Below, one piece after another: positions 28,315 through 38,348 of a stretch of DNA of 64,000 nucleotides; position 1 is the first letter of the stretch, and each line of letters opens with the position of its first letter. The stretch is from the IMG/VR virus record IMGVR_UViG_3300044878_000082, positions 1-64,000 of that record, one strand, 5' to 3'. Origin of the DNA: a virus. Below the pieces are notes generated by a model, which ran no database searches, had not been told where the DNA came from, and saw only the letters and a program-made list of their open reading frames with translations. A program made the translations under genes and the position numbers.

Positions 28315-28911
28315 GTGCCACACAATCCAATGTTAACAATCCGGGAAAACATGCAACTGGATCAAATCCGTTCTCGTAAAGACAGTGACCCGGTAGTTTC
28401 TGAGATCGGGTTGCTCCACTCAGACCTGTGTCCGGAGATTGTGTCGTTACCTCAGACCGTGTTCCAACACGCAGGTCACCTCTGGTTACACACGCACCAT
28501 GAGTGGGCTAAGTCCTCAACCATTACTGGGACTGTAGAGCTGTTTGTCTCTACAGCGGAAGATCTGGTGCCAACGCCTGTGGACGTACAACAACGGTCTC
28601 TGAGTACTGGTCGTGTAGCTTACTTCTCCCAGTTCGCAGACACGGCTGGACACATGTCCCAGTGCGGTCGTAACGAAACCATGGCGTACATGATCGTTGA
28701 CCGACCTGATCATCCACTGGACTCGATCATGATGGAAGCACTAAAGGATCTGGACATCGCAGTCACTTACCCTTGTACGGTAGAGATGCCTCCTGAGTTG
28801 TGCACCCCTGAGCAAATCGCTGATGCTGAAGCCGCGATACAGGAAGCTCAAGAGGGCAAACTCGACTATCTCCTCGAAGGTACCCAATGGGACCCAAGGA
28901 ATCGCAAATGA
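28315..28911 (+). CDS. hypothetical protein
   Basis: AAGGAGG RBS. Confidence 0.7.
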   Translation: MPHNPMLTIRENMQLDQIRSRKDSDPVVSEIGLLHSDLCPEIVSLPQTVFQHAGHLWLHTHHEWAKSSTITGTVELFVSTAEDLVPTPVDVQQRSLSTGRVAYFSQFADTAGHMSQCGRNETMAYMIVDRPDHPLDSIMMEALKDLDIAVTYPCTVEMPPELCTPEQIADAEAAIQEAQEGKLDYLLEGTQWDPRNRK

Positions 28912-29345
28912 ATCTGGAAGGTCTCGACAAGTTCATCAAGCTGTTCAACGATGAAGACACCCCGACTGCTCTGGCTAACACGCTGGCTATCTGTAGCATG
29001 CGTTACCAAGGCTGGGGTGGCTACGCTGCCTTCATCTACAGCCAAGACAACACCTCGCACTACAACAACACCTTCCCTGAGATGGTGGAGGACGAGGACT
29101 TCTGGCAAGGGCACATCAGTCAGATCCCGTGGTTTCCTTTGCGGTTTGGTAATACGCCTCAGGAAGCGCTGGACAAGCTGATGAAGTTCCTGCTCCTGGA
29201 AACCCCTGAAGAGCACATCGAACTCTGTAAGTGGAACTCGATGTGTGCCTCTCTGGCCTTCACGTTGGTGCAATGTCCTGAGTCCCAACGTCCTGACGTG
29301 AACCTGAAGCGTTTCCACGAAGAAAGCTTTACCCGTAAATCTTAA
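28908..29345 (+). CDS. hypothetical protein
   Basis: ATGA overlap, AAGGA RBS. Confidence 0.7.
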   Translation: MNLEGLDKFIKLFNDEDTPTALANTLAICSMRYQGWGGYAAFIYSQDNTSHYNNTFPEMVEDEDFWQGHISQIPWFPLRFGNTPQEALDKLMKFLLLETPEEHIELCKWNSMCASLAFTLVQCPESQRPDVNLKRFHEESFTRKS

Positions 29346-29451
29346 CAGCTCCGGCTGATATAATGACCAAACAAACCCTGTTCTTAAAAAGAATAGTGAT
29401 AGGGGTTCTTTATTCCCTATCACTATCCAACTGCTCTGAGGAGAGCTACCA

Positions 29452-29709
29452 GTGATCGTTAAAATCGAAACCGCAGAACTCCAGCAAGCCATTGACTACT
29501 TGGAGGCAGTACACTCCCGTGTGCGGTTCACCAGCAAGAATGGTCGTCATTATATCGAGTTCCCACCCGGAATGTCCAAGGACGGTTCCACTGCGCTGAA
29601 TCTGGTTAGTCGTGCTGACCAGATGATCCACCAAGAATACCTCCCCATGGAGCTGAAACTCCGTGTCGAGCAAATCCGCAACAAGTACAACCACCAACCC
29701 AAGTCCTAA
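29452..29709 (+). CDS. hypothetical protein
   Basis: GAGGAG RBS. Confidence 0.65.
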   Translation: MIVKIETAELQQAIDYLEAVHSRVRFTSKNGRHYIEFPPGMSKDGSTALNLVSRADQMIHQEYLPMELKLRVEQIRNKYNHQPKS

Positions 29710-29725
29710 AGAAAGGAAGAGAAGT

Positions 29726-30607
29726 ATGCCACGCGGAATCCCGAAAGATAAACCCGATGCCAAGAAGCCAGGTCCAAAGCCGGGCGCTAAAGCAGCAGCC
29801 GCTAAACCTGCTGTGAAGCCTGCTGCTAAACCGGTAGGGGTACAAGCCACAGCTCCACTGCCCCTGCAACAACCGTCGATTCTCCCACGTACCGAAACCC
29901 AATCTTCCCCTGTTAAAGGAAATGCCGCAATGACCCCAGTATCCCCTGCCGTTGCTGAAGCCATCGCCAAACTCGAAACCAGCAGCAAGGCTGACCTCAC
30001 CCGTCCGCAACCGTTCCGCTACAACTTCAACCAGCGTGATAACTACTTCTCGTTGGTCGCCTCCAAGAAAGGTCTGCGCCAAACCGCTTCCCTGTACCTC
30101 AACGGTGAAGTGCTGGCGTCCACTCAAGACTTCACGGTGCTGTCCGAATACGTGGTGGCCTTCTTGGTCGACGGTAAGCAACACGTCTTCCAACACCAGG
30201 TCGAATCCGAAACCTACGTCAACCTCAGCGAATACACCGGTGTGCTCCTGTCTCCGGTCGATCGCGCTGAAGTCGAGAAGATCATTGCCAACAGCGACAA
30301 GGCTGCCAAGGCTTTGGCTGAAGACGACCTGATTGTGATGTTGCAACAGGAACGTCCGGCGTTCAAGCGCGGTGATCGCGTGTACCACATGCTCGACCGC
30401 ACCACGCAGTTCCTGGTCGTTCAAATGGCAACGCCTGCCGATCCGTATCGCCCACGTCCTTTCAGCCAAGATGCTCGGGATGTTGATCTGGACATGATCA
30501 TTGTGGCGGTAGGCGTGAACTACGATGCCAACACCGAGACTTCGGTCCCTACGTTGGTTGCTGAACCGAAGAAGGTGTACTCGGGTCTGTACCTGTTGGC
30601 CGATTAA
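29726..30607 (+). CDS. hypothetical protein with Lys/Pro/Ala-rich N-terminus
   Basis: AAGGA RBS; KKPGPKPGAKAAAAKPAVKPAAKP. Confidence 0.75.
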   Translation: MPRGIPKDKPDAKKPGPKPGAKAAAAKPAVKPAAKPVGVQATAPLPLQQPSILPRTETQSSPVKGNAAMTPVSPAVAEAIAKLETSSKADLTRPQPFRYNFNQRDNYFSLVASKKGLRQTASLYLNGEVLASTQDFTVLSEYVVAFLVDGKQHVFQHQVESETYVNLSEYTGVLLSPVDRAEVEKIIANSDKAAKALAEDDLIVMLQQERPAFKRGDRVYHMLDRTTQFLVVQMATPADPYRPRPFSQDARDVDLDMIIVAVGVNYDANTETSVPTLVAEPKKVYSGLYLLAD

Positions 30608-30679
30608 ACCTGCGGTAAGAGTGAGGAGGGCCAACCCCTCACTCTTTTTTTGCCTAATCTATTACGGAGCTTAGAAGCC

Positions 30680-32695
30680 GTGGATATTCCTGAAAGAATC
30701 CTTGAACTTCGAGGCCTAATCAATAAATGGAATGAAGAGTATCACGATGATGACGCTCCGACCATTGCTGATACTGACTATGATCGTTATTACCGCGAAC
30801 TGGTCTCCCTCGAACTTCAACGTCCTGATCTGGTCACGCCAGACTCTCCGACACAACGCGTGGGTCACACTCCCAAGGAACGCGGGTTCCAAAAAGTAAA
30901 GCACTTGGTACCCATGCTCAGTCTGGGTAACGTGTTCAGCTACGAAGAATTGATGGACTGGTACAAAACCACGGGTCTACCTGAAACTGAGGGCAGTCGT
31001 GCGATTGAGCCGAAGGTCACTGGGGAAGTCAAGCTTGATGGTTTGGCTGTGGGTCTGCGTTATATCGACGGCGTGTTTGCTCAAGGTGTGACGCGTGGGG
31101 ATGGTGAGGTAGGGGAAGACATCACGGACAACCTTCGACACGTTGAAGGTATCCCGATGGAGCTGGAGGGAGACGACTGGCCTACAGTGCTAGAAGTCCG
31201 TGGTGAAGTGGTGATGCACAAGGCTCAGTTCATGGCTTTGAACGAACGCCTCGTCGCCCAAGGTCACGAACCCAAGGCTAACCCTCGTAACGCAGCCTCT
31301 GGTACCTTGCGTCAGTCTGATCCAGCGGTGGTAGCCGATCGTGGGTTGAACTTCTACATGTACGGCATGATCCAAGAGATGGTGCCGTTTCATGCTGGGC
31401 AACTGGAACGCGCTGCGACTTGGGGCTTCAATGTCAACCCGACCTTCCCAATCGACAGCGGCAAAGACTTCGCGTGGATGTTGGAACTGACTGAACGCCA
31501 ACGTCCAATGTTTGCCTACGAGATCGACGGTATCGTGTTCAAGGTTAACGAACTGGCAATCCAGCGTAAGTTGGGCTTCCGCTCTCGTGAACCTCGTTGG
31601 GCGACGGCTTTCAAGTTCAAGGCTCAAGAAGCTACGTCGGTACTCCAGAAGATCGTGGATCAAGTGGGGCGTACTGGACAAGTCACTCCTGTAGCCAAGA
31701 TCCTTCCAGTACATCTGGCAGGTGTAACGGTTTCCTCGGTGACGCTACACAACTACGACGAGATCGCACGGTTGGAGCTGGGTCTGCTGGATGAGATCCT
31801 AGTGTGTCGTGCTGGTGACGTGATCCCGAAGATCCTGCGAGTGGTAATGAAGAACACACCACATGCGACGATCGTACCTCCGACTAACTGTCCGGTGTGT
31901 AACTCAAAGCTGGTGAAAGTGGGTGCCGACCTGATGTGTCAGGGTGGTTGGGATTGTTCAGCACAGCGCCAGCGTCGGTTCGAACACTTCGTTAGCCGCA
32001 AAGCCATGAACATTGACGGGGTGGGTACGTCTACTATTGATAACCTGATCGAGGCTGAGAAGATTGCATACCCTCAGGACTTGTACAAGGTCACTGTAGC
32101 CGACTTCTTGGAACTGCCTGGCTATGCCGGGGCTTCGGCTCGGTATGACTACGCAGCGATTCAGGAAAGCCGTACACGGCGTCTGCACAACTTCCTGTTT
32201 GCCATCGGTATCCCGGAAGTGGGTGAGGGTACGTCGAAACGGTTGGCTCGTTCATTCGAGACACTGGCTGAGATCCGTGTGGCTGACTTTGCTCGGTTCA
32301 AGTCCATCAAGGACATCGGTGACGAAACGGCTGAGTCTCTGGTCTCGTGGTTCAAAGACCCGACCAACCTGAACATGCTCGATGAACTCCTGAGCTTTGT
32401 AACTCTGGAGAACCCGCTGTTCGATAAGTCTGGTCAAGTCCTACTGGGGCAGAACTGGGCAATCACGGGAACCATCGGTAATCACCACCGAGATGACCTG
32501 AAAGAGTTACTGTCAGGTTTGGGGGCAACTGTAGGGGACGTTAGCAAGAAGACGACCGTACTGGTGGCAGGTGAAGGGGCTGGCAGTAAGCTGGCTAAGG
32601 CTGAGAAGCTGGGTATCCGGGTGATGACCCCAGTGGACTTCGATAACTTCGTGGCTGAGATCACAGCTAAAGCTGAGGATGACTCCGATGAATGA
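30680..32695 (+). CDS. ligA: NAD+-dependent DNA ligase
   Basis: EVKLDG, TRGDG..GEDIT, EVRGEV, NPRNAASG, DGIVFK, Zn finger CPVC..C..C, HhH repeats, BRCT (ITG...AGSKLAKA). Confidence 0.96.
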   Translation: MDIPERILELRGLINKWNEEYHDDDAPTIADTDYDRYYRELVSLELQRPDLVTPDSPTQRVGHTPKERGFQKVKHLVPMLSLGNVFSYEELMDWYKTTGLPETEGSRAIEPKVTGEVKLDGLAVGLRYIDGVFAQGVTRGDGEVGEDITDNLRHVEGIPMELEGDDWPTVLEVRGEVVMHKAQFMALNERLVAQGHEPKANPRNAASGTLRQSDPAVVADRGLNFYMYGMIQEMVPFHAGQLERAATWGFNVNPTFPIDSGKDFAWMLELTERQRPMFAYEIDGIVFKVNELAIQRKLGFRSREPRWATAFKFKAQEATSVLQKIVDQVGRTGQVTPVAKILPVHLAGVTVSSVTLHNYDEIARLELGLLDEILVCRAGDVIPKILRVVMKNTPHATIVPPTNCPVCNSKLVKVGADLMCQGGWDCSAQRQRRFEHFVSRKAMNIDGVGTSTIDNLIEAEKIAYPQDLYKVTVADFLELPGYAGASARYDYAAIQESRTRRLHNFLFAIGIPEVGEGTSKRLARSFETLAEIRVADFARFKSIKDIGDETAESLVSWFKDPTNLNMLDELLSFVTLENPLFDKSGQVLLGQNWAITGTIGNHHRDDLKELLSGLGATVGDVSKKTTVLVAGEGAGSKLAKAEKLGIRVMTPVDFDNFVAEITAKAEDDSDE

Positions 32696-33056
32696 GAAAT
32701 ACACTCCGAGCATCCACACGTTACTGACCAACCTGATGGACCATGTGGTGATTCCGCATGTCTTCAATGGTCCGGCTGTGGATCGCCCTAACTACTCGGG
32801 TTCGGTTGAAGTGGAGGGTAAGTTGTACGCCCTTTACTTCCGCCGTAACAGTAACTCTGAAGTAGAGGTTAGCATCACCCGCAATGCGAACGTAGTTAAG
32901 TGGACGTACCACAAAGACATGTTCACCAAGACCCTACAGGTATCCCACACTCCGTCAGCGGGTGCCTGTGGTCATGCGGCCTACTTGAATGATCCGTGGT
33001 TGTTGATGCGGATCTTCGCTACCTACGTCGACATCAGTGCACTGCGTGACTACTAA
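32679..33056 (+). CDS. hypothetical protein
   Basis: Overlaps ligase stop; start may be 32688. Confidence 0.65.
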   Translation: MTPMNEKYTPSIHTLLTNLMDHVVIPHVFNGPAVDRPNYSGSVEVEGKLYALYFRRNSNSEVEVSITRNANVVKWTYHKDMFTKTLQVSHTPSAGACGHAAYLNDPWLLMRIFATYVDISALRDY

Positions 33057-33065
33057 GGAGTAGAT

Positions 33066-33509
33066 GTGAGAAAGGTTAAAGGTTTCTTTGGTGCTCGCCG
33101 TCGTTGGCCTGACAGTCCACGTCTGCAAAAGCTTCAAGTCACATGGGACATCGAAGCCATGTCTGGTCTCGGTAACGACAGTTTCGGCATCTACGAACAC
33201 ATCCAGAGTTTGGAGTGTGACTTGATGGTGGGGTTGTCGAAGATGACCATCCCGATGACTGAGCATATCGTTGGGAGGCTCAACGGTGGGTTCCGTGTTG
33301 GGGAGTTCTGGCACTTTGCGGTACCTAACCCTCGTCCACACATGCACCTCGCCCATCGGCTCCAGGAGATGCTCAATAATGGTTTACAGGGTAAGGTTAT
33401 GATCTGTCTAGAAGACTCATATACCCACCCTCACTACGTACCTTACCATGAATTCGATAAACTCCGCTTGGAGACACCCGATGCTGACGTATGTGCGCCA
33501 AACTGGTGA
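33066..33509 (+). CDS. hypothetical protein
   Basis: TAAGGAG RBS. Confidence 0.65.
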   Translation: MRKVKGFFGARRRWPDSPRLQKLQVTWDIEAMSGLGNDSFGIYEHIQSLECDLMVGLSKMTIPMTEHIVGRLNGGFRVGEFWHFAVPNPRPHMHLAHRLQEMLNNGLQGKVMICLEDSYTHPHYVPYHEFDKLRLETPDADVCAPNW

Positions 33510-33942
33510 ACCCCATGAAACTCGTGAAGCAGCTCTGGACACACTGGCTGGAGCTTTGTCAATCGAGAACATTCATTTTGGTTTTGTGGATAGTCTACAC
33601 CGTGCTGTATTGTTCGCCGACTGTGGCGATTACACTCAGGGACTATCTAAAGACCAAATGCTGGTGGATGGGGTACTGGGTAAAGGCTTTGATCGTACCG
33701 CTCCTTGTGAACGGGTTGTAATGGTTGAAGTCCAGCGTTATGCTCAGATCCAGCGTATGACTACGTTGGAGATGATGGCTGAGCGTAGTCCATGGCTGTT
33801 GTTTGGCCACGATCACCCCAGCGACACCAAGTTGTGCATCATGTACCTGACTGCCGATCACGAGATCAGCGGTCTGACCAACACCCCGGTAGACTTCGAG
33901 TTACCTCGTGTCTGTCGGGAACCGAGTAAGAAAGTAAGCTGA
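33481..33942 (+). CDS. hypothetical protein
   Basis: GGAG RBS before ATG 33481. Confidence 0.6.
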   Translation: MLTYVRQTGEPHETREAALDTLAGALSIENIHFGFVDSLHRAVLFADCGDYTQGLSKDQMLVDGVLGKGFDRTAPCERVVMVEVQRYAQIQRMTTLEMMAERSPWLLFGHDHPSDTKLCIMYLTADHEISGLTNTPVDFELPRVCREPSKKVS

Positions 33943-33995
33943 TACAACGGGGGTTCACTAGAGCCCCTTACCTAATCAATGTACTCTGAGAAGAG

Positions 33996-34646
33996 TTGGA
34001 GAGTTTTACCGTGGACGAGATTCAAGTAGAGATCGCAGAAGAGAAGGAAGTACTGTTTCACGATCTGGACGTACTGTTGCGTTTAGCGCTAGTGCGCAAG
34101 TTCCATGGCAAAGCTAACAAGCGTGCCGTCAAGGAAATGGTCAAAGAGCTGTGGGACCGTACCCAACCGGTCGTACAGCAAGGCGTCCTGAGAGGGATGA
34201 TGTACATGAAGACCGATGAACTGGATCGTAATCTGAACTGGTTCATCTCGGACTACCTGTATTACTCGGTACCCGCTACACAGTTGGGTGCTCAAGGTTA
34301 CGACGGTTACGCTATCCACCAGAAGGTAGTGTACCCAGTAGAGATCTGGTACGAGACTGAAGACGACTACCATTGGGCTCGTAAGAACCAGTCTGAACTC
34401 TGGACTGGGGTTTGCCGTGACCTGCTCTACGAATTCCGTGATGCTCCTCGTGCTGAGGGTGAACCACGTAAAGCCACAGCCGAAGTGTTGCTGTTCCAGA
34501 ACCGTGGCTACAACGGCTTGATCAAACACTGGGGCGTTGAGATGAACGACGATCTACCTTTCTACCTGAATGGGTTGGTGGCTGAAGATCGTAGCGCAAC
34601 CGTACATCGCATCGGTCCTAAAACACTTAAAGGGGGTCAGCAATGA
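33996..34646 (+). CDS. hypothetical protein
   Basis: 216-aa ORF coupled to DHFR. Confidence 0.7.
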   Translation: MESFTVDEIQVEIAEEKEVLFHDLDVLLRLALVRKFHGKANKRAVKEMVKELWDRTQPVVQQGVLRGMMYMKTDELDRNLNWFISDYLYYSVPATQLGAQGYDGYAIHQKVVYPVEIWYETEDDYHWARKNQSELWTGVCRDLLYEFRDAPRAEGEPRKATAEVLLFQNRGYNGLIKHWGVEMNDDLPFYLNGLVAEDRSATVHRIGPKTLKGGQQ

Positions 34647-35239
34647 GTGCTGAAGTTGAAGTTGTTAAAGTTGGTCTGATTGCTGCTGTTGAAGCAAACT
34701 GGGGAATTGGGCTTAAAGGGGGAATGCCTTGGCATAACCCGCGCGAGCTGCGTCACTTCAAAACAGTAACCATGGACCGTGTGTTGATTATCGGTAGCCG
34801 CACTGCGGACAGCCTGATCAACCTCCAAGGGGATTTCGAAGGCAAGGTTTACTCGCCTGAGGAGAACATTGTTCTCAAAGGGCGTAAGATCATTGTCGTG
34901 ACCAGTAAGGAGCATGTTCGAGATTACGTCCGACTGGGATTGTATGTCGAGCGTAGTCTGGAAGAAGCCATTGCTAAAGCCAGAGAGCTTGAACCAGACG
35001 TCACCAAGTGCGTGTACATCGCCGGCGGTGGGAAGCTATATAAAGAAGCGTTGGACAAAGACCTGGTCGACAGTATGTTGATCTCGTTCATTGTCGATGG
35101 ACACTCCTGTGACACGGTGTTCCCTGAATTCGATAAGTCGAAATGGGATTGCCACTTCATGGGAGATGAAGGCACTTTTACCGTTGAACTGTATATCAAA
35201 AGGAAAGACTCAAATGAGCCTGCTCTCTACTCGTCGTGA
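34643..35239 (+). CDS. folA: dihydrofolate reductase
   Basis: IAAV..NWGIG..GGMPW..PRELRHFK..T, LKGRKIIVVTS, YIAGGGKLY, CDTVFP. Confidence 0.93.
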   Translation: MSAEVEVVKVGLIAAVEANWGIGLKGGMPWHNPRELRHFKTVTMDRVLIIGSRTADSLINLQGDFEGKVYSPEENIVLKGRKIIVVTSKEHVRDYVRLGLYVERSLEEAIAKARELEPDVTKCVYIAGGGKLYKEALDKDLVDSMLISFIVDGHSCDTVFPEFDKSKWDCHFMGDEGTFTVELYIKRKDSNEPALYSS

Positions 35240-35612
35240 AGTTGCTGTCCCGGTGGGCATTGACACCGAGGCATTCAATCCTGAGAAACCCCACGTAGCC
35301 GTTAAGAAGGCTTCCGGCGGGTTCGTCTACTTCAACATCCTGTTCAAGACCCTGGGTCTGATTGACCAAATGTTCACTCCGCGTGAACTCAAAGACCGAA
35401 AGAAAGTCTCGTTGGACGTACTGAACGATCCGACCTTGGTCAAAGCCTTGCAACCTTACGGCAACCCAATGGCAATCCACAAGAAACGCGAAGGCCTGCT
35501 GGATTCCTCCAAGCCTGGCAACGTGATTCCATGGAAGCGTCTCTACCTACAAGAGTACCACATCGGTGATCAGGTGTTCTACGCACCTACCACACCGACC
35601 ACGGTGCATTAA
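35214..35612 (+). CDS. hypothetical protein
   Basis: AAGGA RBS before ATG 35214. Confidence 0.7.
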   Translation: MSLLSTRREVAVPVGIDTEAFNPEKPHVAVKKASGGFVYFNILFKTLGLIDQMFTPRELKDRKKVSLDVLNDPTLVKALQPYGNPMAIHKKREGLLDSSKPGNVIPWKRLYLQEYHIGDQVFYAPTTPTTVH

Positions 35613-35627
35613 GGGGAAGGGAAAGAA

Positions 35628-35657
35628 TGGGGGCTTCGGTCCCCTTCTTTTTTTTTG
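35628..35657 (+). terminator. intrinsic terminator
   Basis: GGGGGC-TTCG-GTCCCC then T run. Confidence 0.7.
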
Positions 35658-35704
35658 GCCTACTCTATGACATTATGATCTTTTTGCTAGGGTGGGTAAA
35701 GGGA

Positions 35705-35935
35705 ATGAACTTGATTGTGATCGCGTTGATGTATGGATTGCTCCTGTACGTGGTTCTGGGAGGCTTTCTGTTGACAGTCTGTACTGACTATCCAGAGTTC
35801 CTCAAACGCTACCGCTTGGACCTCATGCAGGTCTACGGACAGAACTACCTGAAGACAGTACTAGTGCTGCTCTACTGGTACGTCATCGGGATCGCAATCT
35901 GGTGGTACTGGGTCATCAAGCACCGTTCGGAATAG
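35705..35935 (+). CDS. small 2-TM membrane protein
   Basis: Two hydrophobic helices. Confidence 0.55.
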   Translation: MNLIVIALMYGLLLYVVLGGFLLTVCTDYPEFLKRYRLDLMQVYGQNYLKTVLVLLYWYVIGIAIWWYWVIKHRSE

Positions 35936-35942
35936 CCTGTAA

Positions 35943-35978
35943 ACATAACTGGGAACTTCGGTTCCCTTTTATGCCGTC
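35943..35978 (+). terminator. terminator with TATGCC tag
   Basis: GGGAAC-TTCG-GTTCCC-TTTTATGCCGTC. Confidence 0.8.
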
Positions 35979-36016
35979 ACGATATGAGGGATGTCCCTCT
36001 CGTAAGGAGTACCGTG

Positions 36017-36511
36017 ATGGCTGACATTGTTAGTTTCAGAAAGTTTGATGCGGAGCTGATGGTGGCCTACGACACCAAGGCCAGTAAGCTCCTAGGGAAA
36101 GACTACTGGCGCGTCCAGAAAGGCTTCCACTACTACCTCGGTGAGAAGGGGTCTAACCGTTGGGTGTTCATCCCTGCGGGTTACTTGACCGATGGTGCTT
36201 CGGTACCACAGATCTTCTGGTCGGTGATCCCACAATGGGGTGCGTACGGACAAGCCGCTGTAGTCCACGACTACCTGTGTGAATACCTGTCGATCACCGT
36301 CGACGGCAAACCACAGAGCATCACCCGCTCAGAGGCCGATGACATCCTCTTGGAGGCGATGCGTGTTCTGGAGGTACCTGAGTTCACCGCGCAGACGATC
36401 GAGGCTGCTGTGGACTTCTACCGCGTTATAACGCAAACCTCAACACCAAGCAACAAACCGTTGAAACGTCAACTCGAAGCTGAGTGGGCGAAAGGGGAAT
36501 TGACGGTTTAA
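36017..36511 (+). CDS. DUF1353-family protein
   Basis: IPAGYLTDGASVP, AAVVHDYL, RSEADDILLEAM. Confidence 0.85.
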   Translation: MADIVSFRKFDAELMVAYDTKASKLLGKDYWRVQKGFHYYLGEKGSNRWVFIPAGYLTDGASVPQIFWSVIPQWGAYGQAAVVHDYLCEYLSITVDGKPQSITRSEADDILLEAMRVLEVPEFTAQTIEAAVDFYRVITQTSTPSNKPLKRQLEAEWAKGELTV

Positions 36512-36651
36512 CCTACCTATTAGATGACGGGTTGCCAAAAGGCACATCGCCCGGTGGAGCCTCAAACATAATCTGGCCCACACCAACACTTAACACAGCA
36601 CCACATGTATCTCCACAAGTTTTTGTGTCATCACCTAAAGGAGTATCTGCG

Positions 36652-37038
36652 ATGGCTACAATTAAAGCTGCGGTGGAGTGTAGGGAAGCATTGAATTTCT
36701 TACCAGACACCAAAATCTACCTGATCACGGATGTGAAGGATAACTTGCCTCAATCGCACATTGGGTACTTTACCTATGGTACGAAAGCTGGGTTCACAAC
36801 CCAGAAGCAACGTTTCTACATGGAAGTCGGCGGGGACTCACACTCCTCGTGTCAGCATAAAGAAATTGATTTCATCGCCTCGTTCGGCGCGTACCTTGAG
36901 CGTAAGTTTAAGGAATGTGGTGTTCAAGTCTTCGAAGTTAACCTTCCTAAGTCTCACGGTTACAGTGGTAACACTTACGGGTACTTCACCACCCTGCGGC
37001 TGTTCCCACACGCTGGTATTAAAAAGCAAGCGGCATAA
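36652..37038 (+). CDS. hypothetical protein
   Basis: AAGGAG RBS before ATG 36652. Confidence 0.65.
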   Translation: MATIKAAVECREALNFLPDTKIYLITDVKDNLPQSHIGYFTYGTKAGFTTQKQRFYMEVGGDSHSSCQHKEIDFIASFGAYLERKFKECGVQVFEVNLPKSHGYSGNTYGYFTTLRLFPHAGIKKQAA

Positions 37039-37100
37039 TACTGTGACTGCTCTAGTAGCCCTCCGAAGAAGGCTACTAGAGCATTAGGGCTTTTATGCCC
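37031..37100. terminator. long hairpin flanked by GGCATAA / TTATGCC
   Basis: TGCTCTAGTAGCC...GGCTACTAGAGCA inside GGCATAA...TTATGCC. Confidence 0.7.
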
Positions 37101-37138
37101 CTTGGCCACAGGAACAGCGGTTGTGGAGACATGTGTGA

Positions 37139-37510
37139 TTATCTCATACTATCATTGTTCAGGTATGGGAGTGAATTTGCAGGCTTGGCAACAGACGACT
37201 CGAACCCGAAAAGAAATTCCTTAAGTGCTACTCTGTGAAGGTCTACGACTCTACCGACAAAGCTAAACAACTTAGGGGTTAGCTCACAACACCACTGTCG
37301 CACTAACTGAACGTTCAACGGATGACAAAACCGATACATGGTAATCGCGTTTGTTACCGATGGAACTTCTTGTGAGGGCAAAACAGAGAAACCCGATTGG
37401 GTCAGTGGATGGATTGATTGAGTGTAACACCTAGTACCATTACGAGACACCACACCAATACCCCCTTCCGTGGGTTTTGGCACGTTGGTTCTCGTGCGAC
37501 TGCTTTCCAT
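37139..37510 (-). CDS. hypothetical protein (isolated minus-strand gene)
   Basis: AAGGGAAG before ATG; no competing long + ORF; atypical codon usage. Confidence 0.4.
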   Translation of the reverse strand: MESSRTRTNVPKPTEGGIGVVSRNGTRCYTQSIHPLTQSGFSVLPSQEVPSVTNAITMYRFCHPLNVQLVRQWCCELTPKLFSFVGRVVDLHRVALKEFLFGFESSVAKPANSLPYLNNDSMR

Positions 37511-37637
37511 TGGTACTTCCCTTTTAAGATTATTGTTGCTATTAAGAACGTGCATCATTGCTCGTTCATTACATCTATCAGTTCTGTAAGACTTTACTTC
37601 TGCCGGGAGTATACCGGTGGATGTAGAATTAAACATA

Positions 37638-37663
37638 TTACAGACCTATATTACCTAGTTGAA
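37638..37663 (+). promoter_or_regulatory. phage early-type promoter (TATATTAC)
   Basis: TTACAGACCTATATTACCTAGTTGAA. Confidence 0.7.
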
Positions 37664-37704
37664 TAGGATAACCTCTTCAATCCATCTACTAATGCTGGTG
37701 CATT

Positions 37705-37968
37705 ATGGCAAAGACAAAAGCAGCACAATGGGTAACTCTGACTGAGAGCGACCATCATACCACCTCGGCTTGTTCCGCTGGCTTTGGCGCACTGGTGAAG
37801 AACCAGAGCTTCGAGCAGCGTAAGATCGACGGTATGAACATCACGGTGCAGGTTAGCGAAAGTATGACCTACGTGCCGAACGTGCTGGTTGAGCAAAACA
37901 ACAACGGCTGGGTTCTGACCCCGCACTTCCCCGGTCACACCGGTACACGCAAAGCTCTAAACATCTAA
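37705..37968 (+). CDS. hypothetical protein
   Basis: First ORF after promoter. Confidence 0.65.
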   Translation: MAKTKAAQWVTLTESDHHTTSACSAGFGALVKNQSFEQRKIDGMNITVQVSESMTYVPNVLVEQNNNGWVLTPHFPGHTGTRKALNI

Positions 37969-37997
37969 TCACATCCCTCCTAAGTAAGGAAAAGAAA

Positions 37998-38345
37998 ATG
38001 GCACCTGTAACTACCTCCGGCTTGGCTGACTTCGTAAACCGCTGCATCACCCGTCGTCTGGAAATCAACCTGCGGCTGGAATGTCACAAAGACATCGTGG
38101 TCGAGTTCACCCGGACAGAGCTTCGTGAGAAGCACACCAAGGGCGATCGCATCAAGGACGTCTCCATCGAGCGCATGATCAAAGGTCTGCGCGCTTACGG
38201 CTACGAAGTCAAGGGCGAGCCGAACTCCGAGAACTTCCGCGTCACCTTCAACGTTGAACGTTATCTCTCCCAAGCATTCAGCTTGGAAGAGCTGAACGAC
38301 TCCTCCGACTACCTGGCAACCATCTTGGTTAAAGACGAGGAGTAA
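37998..38345 (+). CDS. hypothetical protein
   Basis: TAAGGA RBS. Confidence 0.75.
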   Translation: MAPVTTSGLADFVNRCITRRLEINLRLECHKDIVVEFTRTELREKHTKGDRIKDVSIERMIKGLRAYGYEVKGEPNSENFRVTFNVERYLSQAFSLEELNDSSDYLATILVKDEE

Positions 38346-38348
38346 GCC

